DNA of 63,976 bases, counting the filler, from Candidatus Fermentibacterota bacterium (GTDB lineage Bacteria; JAFGKV01): NCBI GenBank assembly GCA_016928395.1. It is 8 parts of 8 records of this genome, joined end to end, with 100 filler letters (N's around TTAATTAATTAA, not from the genome) between each part and the next. Parts side by side here need not be neighbours in the genome. Positions count along the whole stretch, not along the records: positions 58,460 to 61,319 come from JAFGKV010000329.1; positions 61,420 to 63,976 come from JAFGKV010000009.1; 6 more parts are not named here. One strand, 5' to 3'. Below, piece by piece: positions 59,837-63,976 of this stretch. Each line of letters begins with the position of its first letter. Positions within the stretch are counted from its first letter, which is position 1. The position numbers and the translations under genes were made by a program. The notes below the pieces were generated by a model. The model was not told the DNA's origin. It made no database searches and saw only the letters and a list, made by a program, of their open reading frames with translations.

Positions 59837-61318
59837 TCATCTGACGATCACCACTTCTCTGGTAGCAACGAACTGATCTGCCGTCAGCCTGACCAGATAC
59901 GTGCCGTTGGGGAGATCTCCACCGTTCTCCAGTCGGGGCTTCCATAGAACCGTGTGCTCACCGGCCTGTTCGGGTCCGCCTGTAATGACAGCCACCTGAT
60001 GGCCGGCGAGGTCATAGACTCTGATCTGGACGAGAGCAGGCTCTGGAATGCGGTAGCGCAGATCAATACCGTCCCGGCCCTGATTTGGTGCGAAGGCCTC
60101 AAACGCATACCCCTCGGGGATGCACCCTTCTGCGATTTCTCCTGCCAGTGGCACCTCGCAGGTACACCCGAACTCCGACGTGCTTCCGTTCCCGTTCGTC
60201 GCCGTGCAGGTGACCCGGGTCCCGGGGGCAAGCGCCGGCGTCATAGTATAGCGATATGTACTCCAGACCGGCCCCTGGACGATTTCCTCCGCGTCTCCGA
60301 GATACGTCATGCCGCTGTACACATAGTCGTATCCAGCCTCCGAGCAGACACCCCGTACGCTCGGATCGGCGATGAAGATTTCCACGACGCAATCGCGCAT
60401 GCAGCGAAAGTATACCGTGGTGCTCTCCGTGTCCGTGTTCATGGACTCGCACAGCGGCGTATCGATCTCCTCGTTGACTCCAGGGCCGTAGACCCCATCG
60501 ACGAAGTCGACGCCGTGGAAGTTCTCCACTCCGGGATTCAAGAGGTCTATGCCGCCTCGACACTCGTAGATGGAGTTTCGACTGATGGTGACATAGTCGG
60601 TTATGTCACCTATCAGATATATCCCTGGGCCCCCATGAGAGTGGGCGATGATGTTCTCGTCAATGAGGTGACCGGGGCTGTAGCCGATGAGGACACCCTC
60701 ATCGGCGCCCATGGGATACCCGTCCAGCCCCTCGCCCAGGCGGTTGTCGCTTACTGTTACCTGCCCGTTGTCGCATTCGGTGTGTGAGATGTTCACGAGC
60801 TCCCAGTAGGCGTTGCAGACTTGATTGTCGCGAAAGAGCACGGGCCCAACCGTGTGGCTCAGGTGTACTCCGCCGAGAGGAGCGCTGAACAGATCCGCCG
60901 TGCCCGTTCGGTCGGTGCCGATGATGTTGTTCACGATCTCCACATCGCCGCAGTAGCCCAGAGAGATGAACGTGCTGCGGGCGCAGGAGAGGATGTTCCG
61001 CTCCTGCAAGTCATCGCCCCCGATCCGAAGCCCCCTGACGCGCGCCGCCGAGAGACATGTGCCGGATTGTCGGCCGCACTCGGTGCCCGTCGGGTCGATC
61101 CCGAGGTAGCAGCCGGTCACCTCGATGTCTTCCGTGACATCTCCGGACTCAGGCTGAGCTCCTGCAATACCGATGACAGACGCGTCGAATCCATTGATGC
61201 ACAGCCCCTTCACTGCGACGTGGCTGGCGCGACTGATGGCGATGCTGGCGCCATTGCCCGGGCCGGCCCCCTTGAGTTCGATCTCGGGCCCATAGGGATT
61301 CGGATCGCCGCCGATGAA
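59837..61318 (-). CDS. Beta-helix protein with C-terminal FlgD-Ig/T9SS-like domain, 5'-truncated
   Basis: Frame open to contig edge (DPNPYGPEIELKG); GCYLGIDPTG, NNIIGTD, ISRNSIY, GSTSEF; C-terminus VYDLAG...L.NGTYLVRL. Confidence 0.8.
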   Translation of the reverse strand, partial: FIGGDPNPYGPEIELKGAGPGNGASIAISRASHVAVKGLCINGFDASVIGIAGAQPESGDVTEDIEVTGCYLGIDPTGTECGRQSGTCLSAARVRGLRIGGDDLQERNILSCARSTFISLGYCGDVEIVNNIIGTDRTGTADLFSAPLGGVHLSHTVGPVLFRDNQVCNAYWELVNISHTECDNGQVTVSDNRLGEGLDGYPMGADEGVLIGYSPGHLIDENIIAHSHGGPGIYLIGDITDYVTISRNSIYECRGGIDLLNPGVENFHGVDFVDGVYGPGVNEEIDTPLCESMNTDTESTTVYFRCMRDCVVEIFIADPSVRGVCSEAGYDYVYSGMTYLGDAEEIVQGPVWSTYRYTMTPALAPGTRVTCTATNGNGSTSEFGCTCEVPLAGEIAEGCIPEGYAFEAFAPNQGRDGIDLRYRIPEPALVQIRVYDLAGHQVAVITGGPEQAGEHTVLWKPRLENGGDLPNGTYLVRLTADQFVATREVVIVR

Positions 61319-61419
61319 CNNNNNNNNNNNNNNNNNNNNNNNNNNNNNNNNNNNNNNNNNNNNTTAATTAATTAANNNNNNNNNNNNNNNNNNNNNNNNN
61401 NNNNNNNNNNNNNNNNNNN

Positions 61420-61505
61420 GGTCCTCCTTTCGACCGGCTCAGTCTACCTCCTTCCGTTACCCATGTATTGACCTATTCCCGTTACCTATGTATTGAACCT
61501 GTACC
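61420..61505 (-). mobile_element. Left end of a probable IS481-family element
   Basis: Two subterminal direct repeats ccgttacc(c/t)atgtattga ending in ctgtacc; minus strand leads through an AAGGAGG RBS into the gap. Confidence 0.65.
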
Positions 61506-61571
61506 AGGCTGAACCCTGAACCCTTGTTTGAGAGTGTATCTCCAACGGGATCGTGGTGGAACGCCCCAGGC

Positions 61572-61624
61572 TGTAGCCCCGGCGCTCTGCGCCGGGTGAC
61601 ACGCCGCAGAGCGGCGTGGCTACA
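61572..61624. repeat. GTAG-type REP doublet
   Basis: tgtagccccggcgctctgcgccggg facing acgccgcagagcggcgtggctaca. Confidence 0.75.
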
Positions 61625-61629
61625 ACTCA

Positions 61630-61715
61630 GCGTACTCTCAACCTCGAAAACCCTGAGAGCGCCCCGCGCCCTCAGAGGCCCGACTGAACCCCGAACCCTG
61701 AACCCTGAACCCTGG
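61630..61715 (-). repeat. Family A repeat copy with (GAACCCT)n tract
   Basis: Reverse complement reads ttcagtcgggcctctgagggcgcggggcgctctcagggttttcgaggttgagagtacg. Confidence 0.8.
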
Positions 61716-61752
61716 GAATTGCTCGCGAAGCGGGCCGAACCCTGGGAACTGC

Positions 61753-62229
61753 TTACGGCACACAGAACGCGCAGCAGATGGCGTCCCGGGCCTTGTCCAG
61801 TTCGCTCTCCCGCACGAGACATGCCACTGTCGAGATGGAGGTGGAGACCCCAAGCACCTGGATCTCCTGGTCCGCCAAACACGAGAACAGGTGAGCCGCC
61901 ACGTCGGGTGTTTCCCGAAAGTGCGGGCCATACACGCCGATGGTTGCCACATCCCTGACCGCATCGATCTTTGCGGCCTCCACTGAATTCCTCAGGGTCT
62001 CGAAGGTCGCGACAATGCGCTCTCCGTCGGCATTGCTTACGCAGAGCATGAGATTGGCGGTGCCGTACGCATCCGTGGCGGAGGAGATGAACTCCACATT
62101 GACACTGAGCTTGGCCAGTTGTCGGAACAGGCGCCCGGCGATGCCCGGGCGGTCGGGCACACCCATGATCCTGATGCTCGTGAGACCCTTGCTCTCGATG
62201 ATGCCACCAACGGTGATCTTGCGCATCAT
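61753..62229 (-). CDS. Stand-alone double ACT-domain protein (aspartokinase regulatory-domain-like)
   Basis: GVPDRPGIAGRLFRQLA..SVNVEFI; IGVYGPHFRETPDVAAHLF..LA...I...STS. Confidence 0.85.
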   Translation of the reverse strand: MMRKITVGGIIESKGLTSIRIMGVPDRPGIAGRLFRQLAKLSVNVEFISSATDAYGTANLMLCVSNADGERIVATFETLRNSVEAAKIDAVRDVATIGVYGPHFRETPDVAAHLFSCLADQEIQVLGVSTSISTVACLVRESELDKARDAICCAFCVP

Positions 62230-62281
62230 CCACCCTCTCTTTGCGCCCGCCGGTATCGCGGGTTGCGTGACTGTGCTGCTC

Positions 62282-63661
62282 TCAGAGGCCCGCCGGTCGA
62301 GGTGGCATCACGAGTGGGCATACCACGTGCTTCGCCACCGCCTCGGATGATCCGTTCACCCGTAGCTGCGCATACAAAAATCCAAATTTCGCTTCCAGTT
62401 CTGCCATTATCACCCTGTTCACCTCGTCCGGCAGACTCCACATCTCGTGCTTGAAGGGGCCGAATCCCTTCTTCCGGTTCTTATAGAGGAACTGCTCGTC
62501 TGTTTCGCCGTCTTTCCGCTCCTTGGCGCTGGCAACCTTAAGGTGCTCGTACACCCGTGCGCGAAGGTCGGCAGGAAACGAGGCGTGATCGAATATCATG
62601 TTCTGGAATCCCGTGGCCAGGTGCACTTCCGCGACACGAGCCTCAGGGAACCGATGGAACATATCATCGGGAAGCGTGGAGGCGCCGTGCTGCACCGTGC
62701 CGGCTATCCCGTATTTCGCCCGGGCCACCGCGCCGATGTCCTCCAGCACCTGGAAATCCAGCTTCACCTTGGCGACGGTGCCGTCGGGAAGGGGGATACC
62801 CCCATGGCTCGTGCCGGTCTGCACGCTGATCTTACTGATGCCCTTCATACCCTGCGGCAGGGCCTTGGTGAGGCCCTGCATGTAGACCTCGAACTCCTCC
62901 ACCGTGCTATTCCTGCCGCCGACCTCGCCGATCTCGCCACCAACGCTCACGGTAATGCCTTGGGGCTCATGCCCGCGGATGAACTCCGTCATGGCCGCTG
63001 CGACTTCGAAGTTGTCCCGCTGCTGTTCCTCCTCGGTGGGACGCTCCAGCACGACCAGCGTCGAGCTGTCGATGTCGATGTTGTAGAATCCGGCATCCAG
63101 GGCGTCGCGGATGAGCGTTTTCAGCCCGTCCAGTTCCTTGACGGGGTCTTTGAAGTATGATGATGCCTTGGCCTGAAAGTGATCGCCCTGGATGAAGACC
63201 GGGCCGACGAATCCTTCCTTGACCGCGGCCGCCAGTACCGCGGCGGCGTACTCCGCCGGGCGCTGTTCGGTGTACCCGATTTCGCTCTTGGCAATCTCGA
63301 AGATGAGCGCGCCGACATCCTTGGCCTTGGCGGCGCGGAACGCAGCCCTGCACACATCATACGTGATGCCTCGGATATTCATGGCAGGCACGGTAAACCC
63401 GCCGGCATCCCCCCGCGCCATGGCCTCGTACAGGCCCTGGATGGAGCTGGGAATCGCCCCCACCGCGCACGCAGTGGCGCGTATGAGCCAGATCGCCGAG
63501 GCCTTCACCGCCTCATCCGTGGCGAACACCGCGGTCCAGATCAGATCATCAACAGCGCGCGACCGCACGGCATGTGCGTCAACAATGGTCACCTCGGTCT
63601 CGCCGATGCGGATCGCGCCGTCGATGCCGTTTCGAATCTCTTGCATCGTAGTCCAGATCAT
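62282..63661 (-). CDS. Class II fructose-bisphosphate aldolase, long form
   Basis: FTVPAMNIRG, FIQGDH, IDIDSS, GGEIGEVG, GTSHGG, VQHGASTL; GGAGG RBS before ATG at 63661. Confidence 0.9.
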   Translation of the reverse strand: MIWTTMQEIRNGIDGAIRIGETEVTIVDAHAVRSRAVDDLIWTAVFATDEAVKASAIWLIRATACAVGAIPSSIQGLYEAMARGDAGGFTVPAMNIRGITYDVCRAAFRAAKAKDVGALIFEIAKSEIGYTEQRPAEYAAAVLAAAVKEGFVGPVFIQGDHFQAKASSYFKDPVKELDGLKTLIRDALDAGFYNIDIDSSTLVVLERPTEEEQQRDNFEVAAAMTEFIRGHEPQGITVSVGGEIGEVGGRNSTVEEFEVYMQGLTKALPQGMKGISKISVQTGTSHGGIPLPDGTVAKVKLDFQVLEDIGAVARAKYGIAGTVQHGASTLPDDMFHRFPEARVAEVHLATGFQNMIFDHASFPADLRARVYEHLKVASAKERKDGETDEQFLYKNRKKGFGPFKHEMWSLPDEVNRVIMAELEAKFGFLYAQLRVNGSSEAVAKHVVCPLVMPPRPAGL

Positions 63662-63720
63662 TGCAGCTTCCTCCCCGAATGAGGAAAAACTATCCTTCCG
63701 CACGAGTGACAATCCTCAAC

Positions 63721-63753
63721 AGTATTGTCTTGGTTGTCGACCTGTCAAGACAA
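63721..63753 (-). promoter_or_regulatory. Putative sigma70 promoter for aldolase overlapped by an 8-bp inverted repeat
   Basis: Minus strand TTGACA (63748-63743), 16 nt, AATACT; arms ttgtcttg (63725-63732) and caagacaa (63746-63753). Confidence 0.4.
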
Positions 63754-63923
63754 CACAGTCGTGGCAGGTAAGTCCTGCTCGACATCAGTTGCCCGTGACC
63801 TCCATCCGTGCAGGAACAGGATGCGGGCGGTGAGGGTTCGCCCTGACATAGAGGACAAAGGATTCTTCACGACACTACATTCCCTTGATCCCGCGCTTCA
63901 TCCGACTTTCTCCGGAGGTACGA

Positions 63924-63976
63924 GTGTTCGTCTTTCTTCCCATTCTGCTGGCAGCGGGCACTCTGGTGCCCGACTA
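63924..63976 (+). CDS. Start of a probable secreted protein, cut by window end
   Basis: GGAGGT RBS then GTG: MFVFLPILLAAGTLVPD. Confidence 0.45.
   Translation, partial: MFVFLPILLAAGTLVPD

Noticed and set aside
61250-61280. Frameshift in the beta-helix gene at the G/C run
   Set aside because: Recounting gives AAG GGG GCC GGC, so the frame is open to the contig edge.

Overview
This window is not one locus. It is eight GC-rich contig fragments joined by artificial N-linkers carrying TTAATTAATTAA (approx. 1-8650, 8751-18004, 18105-29321, 29422-32091, 32192-49752, 49853-58359, 58460-61319, 61420-63976), so gene neighbourhoods hold only within a fragment. T9SS-like/FlgD-Ig C-terminal domains, a gingipain-like C25 peptidase and a GWxTD protein suggest a diderm bacterium of the FCB supergroup, probably a MAG (inference). 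Ordinary content: exbB/exbD, two RND subunits plus an MFP, pgi, a tandem-domain ThyX, an AlgI/AlgJ-type O-acetylation cluster, a histidine kinase, a GT2 with two GT-C paralogues, a RimK-like ATP-grasp with a GNAT-C39 partner, class II aldolase, an ACT protein, several IS ends and many intergenic repeats. Best leads: (1) a pentaheme cytochrome c followed by a Cyc2-type cytochrome-porin fusion, a candidate trans-envelope electron conduit; (2) a 46-aa secreted microprotein, below the ORF-track cutoff, whose mature part matches a C-terminal tail of large secreted proteins and which lies just upstream of the gingipain-like protease; (3) an unrecognised C-terminal domain shared inside the acetylation cluster; (4) several dispersed, structured repeat families. 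All family calls come from motif recognition by eye; no database search was run.
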